DNA of 46,563 nucleotides from Candidatus Woesearchaeota archaeon (GCA_016935175.1 JAFGRK010000002.1:1-46563); one strand, 5' to 3'. Shown: positions 1 through 10,185, counted from the first letter of the stretch. Translations and numbers: made by a program. The notes: generated from the letters alone by a model not told the origin.

Positions 1-497
1 GCGCAGGCTGCAATGAAAAAATATTTTGCAATAGTATTCTTGAAATCATCCTTGAAAAGAAGGATGAGCATCCCAAAATAAATCGCTGCCATGGTCGCGT
101 GGCCAGAAGGAAAGCTAAATCCAGTTACATAGGCAAGCCTTATATCAGGCCTTGGCCTTTGCAAAATAGCCTTGAATATCTCAGTGGCAAGATAGCCAAC
201 AACCATTGCGAGTATCAGCATTGTGGCCTGCCTGTGCCTTTTCAATCCAATCAGAGCAATGAGCGCAAGCAAGCCAAGAAACATCGCTCCCCCAGGATTC
301 ATGATGCCGGAAATCAGCATCATCACAAGAGGTATCGTGGGCTTGGGCATAGATAAGTTCCATTGATAGACCCAGTTGTCAACAGGCACAAGAAATCTGC
401 CTTTGAGAGAGCCCACTAAAAGAATTGCAAAAATCACTATTGAGATTATAAGCACTTGCATAGCAAGATTATTCTTTTTATCTTTTTTAGCTGGCAT
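1..497 (-). CDS. PAP2-family phosphatase (phosphatidic-acid phosphatase type 2 / undecaprenyl-diphosphatase-like), N-terminal portion; ORF runs off the left edge
   Basis: My own reverse-strand translation from the ATG at 495-497 is open to position 1. It gives MPAKKDKK..LVGSLKG.., KAILQRPRP (PAP2 motif KX6RP) and PSGH (PAP2 motif 2), with hydrophobic segments. The track ORFs 99..356(+) and 181..363(-) are off-frame shadows of it. Confidence 0.6.
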   Translation of the reverse strand, partial: MPAKKDKKNNLAMQVLIISIVIFAILLVGSLKGRFLVPVDNWVYQWNLSMPKPTIPLVMMLISGIMNPGGAMFLGLLALIALIGLKRHRQATMLILAMVVGYLATEIFKAILQRPRPDIRLAYVTGFSFPSGHATMAAIYFGMLILLFKDDFKNTIAKYFFIAAC

Positions 498-522
498 AAC
501 TATAACCTTGAATTGTTATTAT

Positions 523-1491
523 TTAAATTTTCCTTATCTTCGCTACGAAAAAACCCTCGGAGTCATTATCCTGAGGCCATATTCTCAGGCACTTCCTGAC
601 TTCAGGATTATATTTTTCTCCGCCAAACTCCAGTATCGCAGGGCTTCTCTTGATGTCAAGCTTTATCTCCTCTAGCTTTGCATCCTTGTGATTATTAAGC
701 AGCCAGCTCACAACTGCCTCATCCTCTTCTGGCTCCATTGTGCAAGTGGAATAAACCATTGTGCCGCCAGCTTTCAATGCTTCAAAGCCGCTGTCAATGA
801 GCTGCTTTTGGTCAGCAGCCATCCTCTTCACCAGGTGAGGGCTCCACATGGCCAAGGTTTTTAATGAGCGCCTTATTGTTCCTGTGCCTGAGCAAGGAGC
901 ATCCACCAGCACCTTGTCAAACCTTACTTTTAATTTGCTGAACTTGTAGCCAGGAACCTGGGTGATAAGGGCATTGCTGGCTCCTGTTCGCTGAAGATTA
1001 ATGCCAAGGGCTTTTAGCCTGTCGCTCTGCAAGTCATTAGCTATGAGCAAGCCTTTGTTCTGCATCATCGCTGCTATCTGGCTTGCCTTGCTTCCAGGGG
1101 CACTGCACATGTCAAGCACAACCTCGCCTGCTTTTGGCTCTAGCACTACTGGCGGTATCATGCTGGCAGCGTCCTGCACATAGATGTATCCTAATTGGTG
1201 CTCAAGAGTGTTGCCAATGTCAAACCTTTTGTCCTCTGCAGCCTCTGCCCTGTAATCAATCCAGGATCCTTCCTTGCACCAGGGAATAGGAGTGAGAGCC
1301 CAGTTCTTTTGCATCCTCTTTGCAACCTCTTTAACTTCAGCCTTTAGAATATTAACTCTTATGCTCTTTCTTATGTAAGCAAAGGAATAATCAATGAACT
1401 CATCATACCTGTCTCCTAATAGCTCCTTGTACCTCTGCGCAAAGCCCTCTTTGATTTCAATCTTCTCGCTGTCAGGGATTTTCTCAAGCAT
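523..1491 (-). CDS. NOL1/NOP2/Sun-family RNA (cytosine-C5)-methyltransferase
   Basis: 322 aa. Contains the SAM-binding DMCSAPGSK motif and the catalytic DAPCSGTG..R and TCT cysteine motifs typical of RsmB/NSUN enzymes. Confidence 0.85.
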   Translation of the reverse strand: MLEKIPDSEKIEIKEGFAQRYKELLGDRYDEFIDYSFAYIRKSIRVNILKAEVKEVAKRMQKNWALTPIPWCKEGSWIDYRAEAAEDKRFDIGNTLEHQLGYIYVQDAASMIPPVVLEPKAGEVVLDMCSAPGSKASQIAAMMQNKGLLIANDLQSDRLKALGINLQRTGASNALITQVPGYKFSKLKVRFDKVLVDAPCSGTGTIRRSLKTLAMWSPHLVKRMAADQKQLIDSGFEALKAGGTMVYSTCTMEPEEDEAVVSWLLNNHKDAKLEEIKLDIKRSPAILEFGGEKYNPEVRKCLRIWPQDNDSEGFFVAKIRKI

Positions 1492-1530
1492 AGAGGAACA
1501 GAAAATAGGTGTTTTAATAAAGGTTGCGGC

Positions 1531-3132
1531 TCACTTAGATTTTTTGCGCCTGCGGCGGGCCTTATCATCATTCTTAGGCTTAGCTTTTTGCATTTTCTTC
1601 TCTTTTTTTATGTACTTCAGCTTCCTCTCGTACTTTTCCTCGCCAGTAATCCTGTCAACAAAGTCCTCTATGGGCTCGAATATTGACCTGAAAGTCTTCT
1701 TGGCAGGGGCAGCTATGAACTCAATGTCCTTGTCAAGCTCTTTCTCAACACTGGCTAATATGTTATTAGTCTTGTTAAAGACTATGTCCACTGGCTTGAG
1801 CACTGCTAGCTCAAGGAAAAGCCCTCTCTGCCTTATGCTCTTGTTGATCTTGACCTCTTTTATCCTGGAGACAAAGATAACAGCTACTAGCAGCCTGGCT
1901 ATGAATGAAAGCAGGAAGAGGAATAGTATTATGTGCACGCCAGCAATGGCCAGTCCAGAAGGCATATGCTTGGCAAGGAACGAGCCGATCAATCCGCCTG
2001 CAAGTATCCCGACTCCCCAGAAGGCATTGAAGTAGGCAAAGCTCTTAGCCCTTTTCTGGGGCTCCACAGTCTCAAGCATGTAATTAAAAGAGGTGAGCTC
2101 AAACCCTCCCCAGCCAAACCCGCTGATAGCCTCTGACAAAATGATGAAGAAAAATATGTCAGGCTTGCCTTCGAACAGGATTCCTGAGAAGAACCATGCC
2201 AAGGGCACAAGGCATATCAGGAAGATGGAGATGTACATGATATTCCTTGTGCCGAACTTCACAGAATGCTTACCCCAGTACTGGATGGTGAAGAACTTGA
2301 TGACCATCGGCACCAGCACTACGGCTGTGTATTGCAGGTAGGTGAAGTCAAGGTTCTTGAGCATGTAAACTGCAAAGAAAGGCGCAGCTATCATTATGGC
2401 AACTGAGAACAATGAGCGGAAGAGCATGAAGTTGCCGAAATTAGTTCCGGGAGCTGACTTGATGAACTGCTTAAGGCTCAAGGCTTTCCTCTCATCAACC
2501 ACATAGCTCGGCTCATAGTGCTTCTGCAATGAGAAGAATGACACCATCCTTCCTATGAAAGCCACTAGGAAGAGCAGGCCAAAGCCTAGCCAGATGTTCC
2601 TGTCAGTGAAATAATTCAGAATGATGCCTCCTAGCAGTATGGAGATTGAAAGCACAACGATTATAACCTTGCTCCTCAGCCCGAAGTACTTAGCCCTCTC
2701 ATGCTCCTCCACAACATCCCCTATCCATGAGCTCCATGCGACTCCTGCTATGTTGCCAAAGACCAGGTAGAGCGAGAAGATTATTATCAGTAGCATTATG
2801 TTGTGGGTTATCAGTGGCAGCAGGAACAAAGGCAGCAATGAGAACGCCTGCAGAAGCACTGCTATCGAAGTGATTTTTTTCCTGTTCTTGTAGCGGTCAG
2901 TCAGGCTTGCGCCTATTATCTGCGAGAATGAAGCTATGAAAGCAGGAACTGATGATAGTATGCCTACTTCTGAGCTGGTAGCCCCTAATCTTATTGCAAA
3001 AGGAGGCACGTACTGCTCGCCAAAGCCGTACATCACATTATAGCCAGAGCCATCGAGAATAGAGGCTTTCTTGGTCTTCCTTGCCTGCTCATGGGTGAGC
3101 TTGTCAGGCTTGATGAGCTTAATCTTTTTCAT
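1531..3132 (-). CDS. MFS-type transporter with Lys/Arg-rich C-terminal tail
   Basis: 533 aa with about 12 hydrophobic helices in MFS-like organisation. The long basic C-terminus (KKEKKMQKAKPKNDDKARRRRKKSK) is unusual. Confidence 0.75.
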   Translation of the reverse strand: MKKIKLIKPDKLTHEQARKTKKASILDGSGYNVMYGFGEQYVPPFAIRLGATSSEVGILSSVPAFIASFSQIIGASLTDRYKNRKKITSIAVLLQAFSLLPLFLLPLITHNIMLLIIIFSLYLVFGNIAGVAWSSWIGDVVEEHERAKYFGLRSKVIIVVLSISILLGGIILNYFTDRNIWLGFGLLFLVAFIGRMVSFFSLQKHYEPSYVVDERKALSLKQFIKSAPGTNFGNFMLFRSLFSVAIMIAAPFFAVYMLKNLDFTYLQYTAVVLVPMVIKFFTIQYWGKHSVKFGTRNIMYISIFLICLVPLAWFFSGILFEGKPDIFFFIILSEAISGFGWGGFELTSFNYMLETVEPQKRAKSFAYFNAFWGVGILAGGLIGSFLAKHMPSGLAIAGVHIILFLFLLSFIARLLVAVIFVSRIKEVKINKSIRQRGLFLELAVLKPVDIVFNKTNNILASVEKELDKDIEFIAAPAKKTFRSIFEPIEDFVDRITGEEKYERKLKYIKKEKKMQKAKPKNDDKARRRRKKSK

Positions 3133-3206
3133 GACAGCCCAGAAACCATTAGGTTGAGTTTAAAAATCTTTCTTATAAAAAAGAAGCCATTATTCTAAAA
3201 AAAGGA

Positions 3207-3677
3207 TTACTTTAGCAGCGCATCCTGGTTCCACCACCTTTCAAAGCCTTCAAAGCTTGTGAAGATGCGATCTGAGTGGTATCTCAGCCACGGTCGATCA
3301 TGGTCTCCGTTGGTTATGATTGAGAGCACTTCCTTCTGAAAAAGCTTTTTTGCATAGACAATCTCCATTATGGTCCCTTGGCTGCTAGAGCCGTCTATAA
3401 CCGCAATCACTCCTTTTCTTACCTTGCTGATGGCGTAAAGGTCCCTTTCAACTATGATTGCAGGCTCCCTTTCTCCTCTTTTTTCTTTTCCTGAGTCAAT
3501 CAGGGCCACATCATCCCTTATTATATCATAGAATGGGTTGACTAGCTTGATACCTGCTCTTTGCTCAAACCCAAGCTCCCATTCCCTTATCTTCTCCCTT
3601 GAAAGGAATGGGTGTGCCAGGTAGTAATCGCCTTCAATCTTTATGTGCGAAAAATCAATTTTTGATTCTAGCCCCAT
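3207..3677 (-). CDS. Nucleoside 2-deoxyribosyltransferase-like (Rossmann-like) protein, tentative
   Basis: 156 aa. The N-terminal DYYLAHPF...W.LG......G..LVNP pattern resembles the PF05014-like family. This is pattern recognition only. Confidence 0.35.
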   Translation of the reverse strand: MGLESKIDFSHIKIEGDYYLAHPFLSREKIREWELGFEQRAGIKLVNPFYDIIRDDVALIDSGKEKRGEREPAIIVERDLYAISKVRKGVIAVIDGSSSQGTIMEIVYAKKLFQKEVLSIITNGDHDRPWLRYHSDRIFTSFEGFERWWNQDALLK

Positions 3678-3683
3678 TTTTTT

Positions 3684-4742
3684 TCACCCTTTTTCAAGCC
3701 AGTCCAGCCCTGGCTCAGAATAATCTATCCTCTTGTCTTTTAGCTCAGGCAGGACTTCAAAAGCGCCGAAATGCTCGATATCCTCTAGAGAGTTTTTTTT
3801 GGATATGAACTGGCGAGTGCCAAAATAAGTTACTTCCTTGTCTGTGAGCAAGGTTATGAAAAGCACAGGGTCAAAGCCATTGTACTTGCTGACGAACTCA
3901 GAGTCTGTCTTGATGAACTGGTATAGGTCTGTGAGAGCTGTCTCGTGCACGTGCGCTTGGATGCTAGGGTATACTTGGCTGTAGAGCATGCTTCTCAGCT
4001 CCTTGAAAGCCTCATGCTCAGGCCCTTCTGAAAAAGCTATCATGCCATCTTTTTTGCTCTGCTCAACCAAGGCCTTGACACAAGCTTCTCTCCTGTCATT
4101 GGTCTTCTTCCCAAGGTATTTCTCAATCTTCTCTGCCAGGCCAAAAGCTTCCTGGCTTTTTGGGAAGTAGCCAACCCTGTAAGAGGCATCGCTGTAATCC
4201 CCTAAGGTGTAAGATATCTTGTCAGCCAGCATGACTGCAGTGTATTCTGCTGGCTTGGAATAGTCAATTGCTAAGTCTTTTTTTCCTCTTGCGTGGAGGA
4301 GCATGCCTTCAAGAGTCTCGTAGCTCAGGTTAAGCCCTTTGCCTCTGTTCTCTATCTCTTGGGCTACTACTGGGCCGAATACTGAATGATGAAATGGCTT
4401 TTTGCCGATTTTAGCAAGCACTTTCTCCCCTAGGTGGCCGTATGGCGCGTGGCCTATGTCGTGGCCTGCTGCTATTGCCATGCAAAGCTCTGTGTTAAGC
4501 CCGAGAAGCTCGCTTATCTTCATCGAGGTGCTTATTACTTCGTCTGTATGGACTTTTCTTGTCCTTATGTGGGAATGTTCTGGAAGCGAGAATGCCTGGG
4601 TCTTGTCAGCAAGCCGACGGTATGCCTTGGTCTCGATAATCCTCTGGAAGTCTGTCATGTAAGGCTTTCTTGAGGCTACTGGGTTATCAGCGGTCTTTCT
4701 GCCTTTAGAACCCTTGTTGTCAAAAGCCTTGATCAAATTCAT
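3684..4742 (-). CDS. HD-domain dGTP triphosphohydrolase-like protein
   Basis: 352 aa. RTRKVHTDEV..AAGHDIGHAPYGH matches the Dgt-like HD phosphohydrolase signature. Confidence 0.7.
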   Translation of the reverse strand: MNLIKAFDNKGSKGRKTADNPVASRKPYMTDFQRIIETKAYRRLADKTQAFSLPEHSHIRTRKVHTDEVISTSMKISELLGLNTELCMAIAAGHDIGHAPYGHLGEKVLAKIGKKPFHHSVFGPVVAQEIENRGKGLNLSYETLEGMLLHARGKKDLAIDYSKPAEYTAVMLADKISYTLGDYSDASYRVGYFPKSQEAFGLAEKIEKYLGKKTNDRREACVKALVEQSKKDGMIAFSEGPEHEAFKELRSMLYSQVYPSIQAHVHETALTDLYQFIKTDSEFVSKYNGFDPVLFITLLTDKEVTYFGTRQFISKKNSLEDIEHFGAFEVLPELKDKRIDYSEPGLDWLEKG

Positions 4743-4843
4743 CCAGCCCCCTAAAAAACCAAAACCCTAAAATTGAATTAAAACAAGATTATGTTTCCAC
4801 TAGCGCGTAGGGTTATTTAAAGTTTGCGGTAGTTGAGAATGGC

Positions 4844-5893
4844 CTAGCTAGAAATCGCCTTCAGGACCTTGTAATAGTTCTCCAATGCTTGCTCTGAAGT
4901 TGTCTCGTGGTTAGAATGATAACCTGTGGTTGGTACTTGGACTGTTGCTCCGTTCAATGCTCCGCGAGTCTCCTCCACAATCCTCCCGAGTTCAGTGATC
5001 CCAAGCTTTTTTGGCTTTGCGCCGCTTTCAGCTAACTTCCTGTTCTGAGTCTCAATGAACTCGTCTTTAAGCTCATACTTAATCCCTTCCCTATCACAAG
5101 TATTTTTCAGCTCTTGCACAATAACAGGATTGAACACTCCGTGCTGGTCCTTGTTCCTTAGCACTATCAATCCCTTCGAGATTGCCCTGTCATCATCATA
5201 AGGCGTGGTGTCAATGCTTATCAGGCTTTTAGATGATATTTCTTGCGATGTCAAATAGTCAACAAGGTGCTTCCAGCTCCTTCCTATTTCTTCTTCTGTC
5301 GCAAATAAAAATGTGCCGTCAAAGCCATCTTTCGCAAGCTGCCTTGCCACTGCTGCGCTTATTGCATTGTCTATCTGTGAAGAAACTCTTCCATTTTCTT
5401 GTGATAACTGCGAAAAGTAAGCAATTGGCGTGCCTGGAGCAAGCTTGCCCATGCCTTCTATTTCAAAATATAATCTTGCAGCAACCTGGTCTATTGAAAG
5501 GCCTTTGACTTTTCCTTCTGCAATTGTGTTGCCTGCAATGCCGTATGCAAACACAGGCTCACCAATGAAGCGCTCTCCTAGCTTTGTTAAGAACTTCTCA
5601 GAATGCTTCTCTTGCTCGCCATAGAATCTTTCTGCGTTAAAGGCTGCATACTCAAAATTCCCATTCTCATCGGCCACTATGCCGTGGCGGTCAATGTGTG
5701 CGGTTATTATCTTGTCGCTTGCAAGGCCTTTCTTCCTTACTGTTAGGATCCTGTCGTGCTTTTCCACTTCATAGCCCGGGATATTGAAATCATCTGCAAG
5801 ATAATCGAGAAATGGCTGCTCAAACCTGATTACAGCAGGCACATTCAAGTATTCATTTGTCTTTGACAATATGTTTTGTAAATCTTCCCCCAT
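4844..5893 (-). CDS. M42-family metallo-aminopeptidase-like protein (FrvX/TET-like)
   Basis: 349 aa. ITAHIDRHGIV resembles the M42 H-x-D metal site, FATEEEIG resembles the catalytic EE(V/I)G motif, and there is a C-terminal GYHS..E motif. Confidence 0.55.
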   Translation of the reverse strand: MGEDLQNILSKTNEYLNVPAVIRFEQPFLDYLADDFNIPGYEVEKHDRILTVRKKGLASDKIITAHIDRHGIVADENGNFEYAAFNAERFYGEQEKHSEKFLTKLGERFIGEPVFAYGIAGNTIAEGKVKGLSIDQVAARLYFEIEGMGKLAPGTPIAYFSQLSQENGRVSSQIDNAISAAVARQLAKDGFDGTFLFATEEEIGRSWKHLVDYLTSQEISSKSLISIDTTPYDDDRAISKGLIVLRNKDQHGVFNPVIVQELKNTCDREGIKYELKDEFIETQNRKLAESGAKPKKLGITELGRIVEETRGALNGATVQVPTTGYHSNHETTSEQALENYYKVLKAISS

Positions 5894-6007
5894 GGAGCCT
5901 ATTGGAGGCTTTCTCCTTTATAAATCTTTCGGTTTTTTAACCACTTAGAAGTGACAAATATACTAAAATCCACATTATCACAGTATATATAGTGTCATAT
6001 TATAGTG

Positions 6008-7699
6008 TCATATCTGCCTGCTCATGTAAGGCCCTTCTTTCCTGTAGCCAAGCTTACGATAGTAGTCCCTGGCCCCGACTCCAGAAATCACAACCATTTT
6101 CTTCCTGCCAGCTTTCTTTGCAATGCTTTCAGCCTCTTTGAGCAATTGCTTTCCAAAGCCCTTGTGCTGTGCATCGCTTCCTTTTCCTTTGGCTCCAAGA
6201 GCCACAGATGCCCCATAAACATGAAGCTCTCGTATAAGCGCAGAGTCATTGGCAATCTCCTTGCGAAGAGCTTGCGACGGGAACCTTAAGCGGCAGAACC
6301 CGACAATACTGTCATGGTTCTCCAGGCTGATGAAGTATTCAGTTCCGCCGGAAGCCAAATACTCATTTACTTTTAGTTCAACTTTTCCTTTGATTGCCTC
6401 TCCCTTTATCTCCCTGCACCTGATGCACCTGCAAGTGGTGCCTTGCCTTTTCATCTGCGCGCTAATCATTTGCCTGAGGTTAGTCTTGTCAACTCCTGCT
6501 TCTGTCTGCTCAGTCGGTATGTCCCTTTGAACTCTCATTATGCGCACGTATTCTGGAACATGCTTCTTGAACTCTGAGATCAGCTTTGCAGCCTGCTCTG
6601 TGGTTAATGGCTTGTAAAGCCCGCTCTTCCACTGCTCATGCAGTTTTGTGCCCCTGAGCACCATGCAAGGGTAGAGCTTGAGCATGTCAGGCCTGAAGCG
6701 AGAGTCATCAAACAATTTCTTTAGCCCCAGCATGTCATGCAGGAAATCAACTCCAGGCAAGCCCAGCATCATGTGATAGTTTATCTTGAATCCAAGGTCT
6801 TTCAAGGCCTTAGTAGCTGCAACTGATTCAGCAACATCATGGCCTCTCTCCACTCTTGTGAGGGCATCATCATACACGCTCTGAACCCCGAGCTCAACCC
6901 TGGTGCAGCCTAGCCTGAGCATCTCGTTTGCATGCGATAGTTTCGCATAGTCAGGCCTAGTCTCAATTGTCAATCCAACGCATCTAATGTTTGATGTCTC
7001 GTTTTTCTTCTGCTCACTCTCAAGGCTTTTTTTTCCAGCTTTCTTCATCTTGAGCAGCTTTTCATGTATGCTTTTCACTCGCGCAGCACTTCCAATCTTT
7101 CCTGGCAATTCAAAGAACTTCCTGAACTTGATTATGTCGAGCTCTCCAGGGCTGGAGTAAAACATCTTGGAAAAGTCATTCATTGCCTTGAATGCATAAT
7201 ACACAAACTCTTCCTGGTAATTCTTGGGAAAGCTAGGGAAAGTCCCGCCCATGATTATAAGCTCAACCTTTTCAGGGCTCTGGCCTAGAACGATGTACTG
7301 CTCAAGCCTGTTAAATACCTGCAAGTAAGAATCATACTTGTTCCTTATTGCCCGAAGAGTTGCAGGCTCTTTTCCTGTGTAGCTCTGGGGAACATCCCCA
7401 AACTCGCTCTGAATACCTCCTGGGCACATGGTGCACTTGCCATGAGGGCACTTAAAGGGCGCAGTCATGATTGCAATCACAGCAACACCGCTAATTGTCC
7501 TTGTGGGCTTGGTCTGCAAGTATTTTTTCAAGAAAGCCAAGTCTTTTTTGTCTGCGTGCAGCAAGACCTCTATGTCCGTAGGAATCTTAGCTGCCTTGTG
7601 CTTAGAGCAAAGCCTGACCTTCTCCTTCATCAGCTTGTCCTTTTGGGGCTTTGCTTTTTTCACGTAAGATATTATCTCTCTGAAAAAATCTTTTGGCAT
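6008..7699 (-). CDS. elp3: Elongator complex protein 3 homologue (radical-SAM + GNAT, tRNA wobble-uridine modification)
   Basis: 563 aa. It has an N-terminal radical-SAM Cys cluster (CPHGKCTMCPGG), a radical-SAM core and a C-terminal GNAT acetyl-CoA motif (IRELHVYG...KGFGKQLL). Confidence 0.9.
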   Translation of the reverse strand: MPKDFFREIISYVKKAKPQKDKLMKEKVRLCSKHKAAKIPTDIEVLLHADKKDLAFLKKYLQTKPTRTISGVAVIAIMTAPFKCPHGKCTMCPGGIQSEFGDVPQSYTGKEPATLRAIRNKYDSYLQVFNRLEQYIVLGQSPEKVELIIMGGTFPSFPKNYQEEFVYYAFKAMNDFSKMFYSSPGELDIIKFRKFFELPGKIGSAARVKSIHEKLLKMKKAGKKSLESEQKKNETSNIRCVGLTIETRPDYAKLSHANEMLRLGCTRVELGVQSVYDDALTRVERGHDVAESVAATKALKDLGFKINYHMMLGLPGVDFLHDMLGLKKLFDDSRFRPDMLKLYPCMVLRGTKLHEQWKSGLYKPLTTEQAAKLISEFKKHVPEYVRIMRVQRDIPTEQTEAGVDKTNLRQMISAQMKRQGTTCRCIRCREIKGEAIKGKVELKVNEYLASGGTEYFISLENHDSIVGFCRLRFPSQALRKEIANDSALIRELHVYGASVALGAKGKGSDAQHKGFGKQLLKEAESIAKKAGRKKMVVISGVGARDYYRKLGYRKEGPYMSRQI

Positions 7700-7722
7700 A
7701 TATGGTCCCTCTATTTTTTAAA

Positions 7723-8400
7723 CTAACCCTTCCCTTCCCACTCTTTGTAGAACTCAGACAAATACTTGAGCATGAAATTGTGCCTCTTCATCGCGAGCTT
7801 TTTCCCAGTCTTGGTATTCATTAAGCCCTTTAGTAGCAATAGCTTTTCATAGAAATGGTTTATAGTGTGGCTTTTGCTGTTCTTGTAATCTTCTGCAGAC
7901 GTGTGCAGCACTGGCTTTTCGTCTGGGTTGTAAAGCTCTCTTTGGGTGAAGCCGCCATAAGCAAACGCTCTTGCGACTCCAACGGCTCCCATGGCATCAA
8001 GCCTGTCAGCATCCTGCACTACCATCCCTTCTTTCGTGGTTATCCCTGATTTCACTTTCGCCCCTTTGAAAGAGACGTTCTTAACAATTTCTGCGACATG
8101 GTTTGTTGTGGTTTCATCAACTTCAATAGAGGAAAGCCATTTCCTTGTCACCCTTTCACCTGCAGAGAAGTCTCCTCCGTGGAACTTGAAGTCAGCAATG
8201 TCATGAAGCAATGCTCCTAGCTGGACTATGAACAAGTCGGCTTTTTCCTCCTTGCCAATGCGCAAAGCAGTCCTCCACACCCTGTACACATGCCACCAAT
8301 CATGGCCTGTGCCTTCTCCTTGCATTTTTTGCTTGACAAACTCTGCAGTCTTCCTTATTATTTCTTCCTTGTCCATAACTGCTAATAATTCAGTTTTCAT
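7723..8400 (-). CDS. HD-domain phosphohydrolase
   Basis: The HD motif is HDWWHVYRV...LLHDIADFKF. I place the start at the internal Met (MKTELLAV..., ATG at 8398-8400). The 112-aa upstream extension in the track ORF (7723..8736) is Pro/Met-rich, non-protein-like, and overlaps the divergent promoter of the CaCA gene. Confidence 0.65.
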   Translation of the reverse strand: MKTELLAVMDKEEIIRKTAEFVKQKMQGEGTGHDWWHVYRVWRTALRIGKEEKADLFIVQLGALLHDIADFKFHGGDFSAGERVTRKWLSSIEVDETTTNHVAEIVKNVSFKGAKVKSGITTKEGMVVQDADRLDAMGAVGVARAFAYGGFTQRELYNPDEKPVLHTSAEDYKNSKSHTINHFYEKLLLLKGLMNTKTGKKLAMKRHNFMLKYLSEFYKEWEGKG

Positions 8401-8467
8401 TATAAATCTTTTCCTCGAGCTCAAATTTCCGCTAAATTTAAAAATAACCTCTCCAGGTGTATAAGCC

Positions 8468-9475
8468 ATGATTGTTGCTATCCTTTTATTGGTTCTTGGG
8501 CTGGCATTGCTCTGGTTTGGGGCTGACTTCATCATTGAGGGTGCTAAGAAGCTTGCCCAGCGCTTCAAGCTGTCGCATGCTTTTGTCGGGCTCACCATCG
8601 TGAGCATAGGCACTTCCCTGCCTGAGATTTCTACTACCATCGCATCTGCCCTTGATATATTGAAAGGAGTGCCTGCCAGCGGCATAGGCATTGGAGTTAA
8701 CATCGGGGCCTGCATAGGCCAGATAACCTTGGTCATCGGATTGGTGGCTTATGCTAGCGTACTCCACACCAAAAAGAAGAGCCTTATCAGGGATGGTGTC
8801 TTTATTCTCTTTTCAATCCTAACCCTTTTCATAATGGGCATGAACGGCTTTATCAGCAGGGAAGAAGGCGTAATATTGCTTATGCTTTTCCTGGTATACT
8901 TATTCATGGTAAGCATTGAAGAAAGAGAAGACCAGTTACTCAGGGAAGTGAAAGAGGAGCTGAGGGAAGAGGACTTAATCGAGCTTAAGTCCAGGAAGCT
9001 AATCCACCATCCCTTGGTGGTGGGGTTGATAATGCTTGGAGGATTTGCCTTGTTGGGTGTTGGCAGCGCCTTGGTGCTTAAGAACGCCCTTGCCTTGTCA
9101 GAATCCCTTAGCCTGACGCAAAGCTTTGTAGGAGTCCTTATAGTCGGCATTGGCGGCTTTCTTCCTGAATTGTCAACTGCCATCAAGGGCATCCTTAAGA
9201 AAGAATCTGAAATCAGCTTGGGTGTGCTCATAGGCTCTAATATCACTAACCCATTATTCTCCATTGGGCTTGGAGCATTCATCTCTGGCTTTGAGTTCAA
9301 CAGGAACCTTTTGATATTTGACATGCCTTTCTGGGCTCTTTCAGCATTGCTTGTAATCATGATGCTAAGGAAGAACATGAGGATTCATAAGCATGAGAAG
9401 AAGCAAGGCCTGGCATTGATGGGCTTGTACGCTCTTTTTGTTATCATGAAATTCGTGTTCTTCAGGCACGCATAG
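8468..9475 (+). CDS. Ca2+/cation antiporter (CaCA family, YrbG/NCX-like)
   Basis: 335 aa with two alpha-repeat signatures (GTSLPEISTTIASA and GSNITNPLFSIGLGA) and about 10 TM helices. Confidence 0.85.
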   Translation: MIVAILLLVLGLALLWFGADFIIEGAKKLAQRFKLSHAFVGLTIVSIGTSLPEISTTIASALDILKGVPASGIGIGVNIGACIGQITLVIGLVAYASVLHTKKKSLIRDGVFILFSILTLFIMGMNGFISREEGVILLMLFLVYLFMVSIEEREDQLLREVKEELREEDLIELKSRKLIHHPLVVGLIMLGGFALLGVGSALVLKNALALSESLSLTQSFVGVLIVGIGGFLPELSTAIKGILKKESEISLGVLIGSNITNPLFSIGLGAFISGFEFNRNLLIFDMPFWALSALLVIMMLRKNMRIHKHEKKQGLALMGLYALFVIMKFVFFRHA

Positions 9476-9648
9476 GAAAGCCTTTTTCGTCTTCAGGCAC
9501 TAGGAATGCCTTTCTCATCTTGATTATCACTGGCGAAAAGCTTATAATAAGGTCGATATTGCCTGGCAGTAGCTGTTTGCATGGCATTGCTGTTTGCTTG
9601 GCGTTAGCTGTTATTTTTGCCTGCCAGTGGTTGAAAAAGTGATGATAC

Positions 9649-10185
9649 ATGCTTATTGTTAGTGGCACAAAAAAGAGCATCACTCCAGAACTAGAAGAGC
9701 TGGTGCAAGAATATGCTGTTAGGGCAAGGAAGCTAGATAAAATACTTGGTGTTCTGACAAAGGATTATTGCGCAACCAGGTGCCCTTCTGCGCCTATAGG
9801 CTGCTGTGATGAAGACCATTACCTTCAAGGCATAGATTATAGTTTAGTGGACATTTTTAATCAAATGCATCAAGAAGAGTCTAAGGGAAAAATCCCTATT
9901 GGCAGGAAGCCCCAGTCTGCCTGTGATTATCATACCGAGCATGGCTGTGTACTTGAGACTAAGCCGCCAGTCTGCCTGGGCTACATGTGCCAGCAGCTGT
10001 CTGACAATATCCTATTGAGATACCGCTTAGAGCGGGATCTTGAGCCCAGGGCTTTTGATTTCCTCAATTTCATGGATAGGTTCCACTCAATAAAGCTCTC
10101 AAAGCATGATTCGCCAAGATTATTCTATTATATGGACAAGGCAATAGTGGCAGGCAATGCATTGCTGGGTTTTAAGAATCCATGA
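9649..10185 (+). CDS. Cysteine-rich hypothetical protein (possible metal-binding)
   Basis: 178 aa with Cys clusters CATRCPSAPIGCC and CDYHTEHGC..PPVCLGYMC. No family assignment. Confidence 0.5.
   Translation: MLIVSGTKKSITPELEELVQEYAVRARKLDKILGVLTKDYCATRCPSAPIGCCDEDHYLQGIDYSLVDIFNQMHQEESKGKIPIGRKPQSACDYHTEHGCVLETKPPVCLGYMCQQLSDNILLRYRLERDLEPRAFDFLNFMDRFHSIKLSKHDSPRLFYYMDKAIVAGNALLGFKNP

Noticed and set aside
99-675. Plus-strand ORFs 99..356 and 376..675, and minus ORF 181..363
   Set aside because: They overlap a continuous minus-strand reading frame carrying PAP2 motifs (KX6RP, PSGH). The 376..675 ORF also overlaps the methyltransferase 3' end.
8401-8736. N-terminal 112-aa extension of the HD-domain ORF
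   Set aside because: It is a Met/Pro-rich non-globular sequence running into the divergent promoter region of the CaCA gene. An internal start at 8400 gives a normal HD-protein N-terminus.
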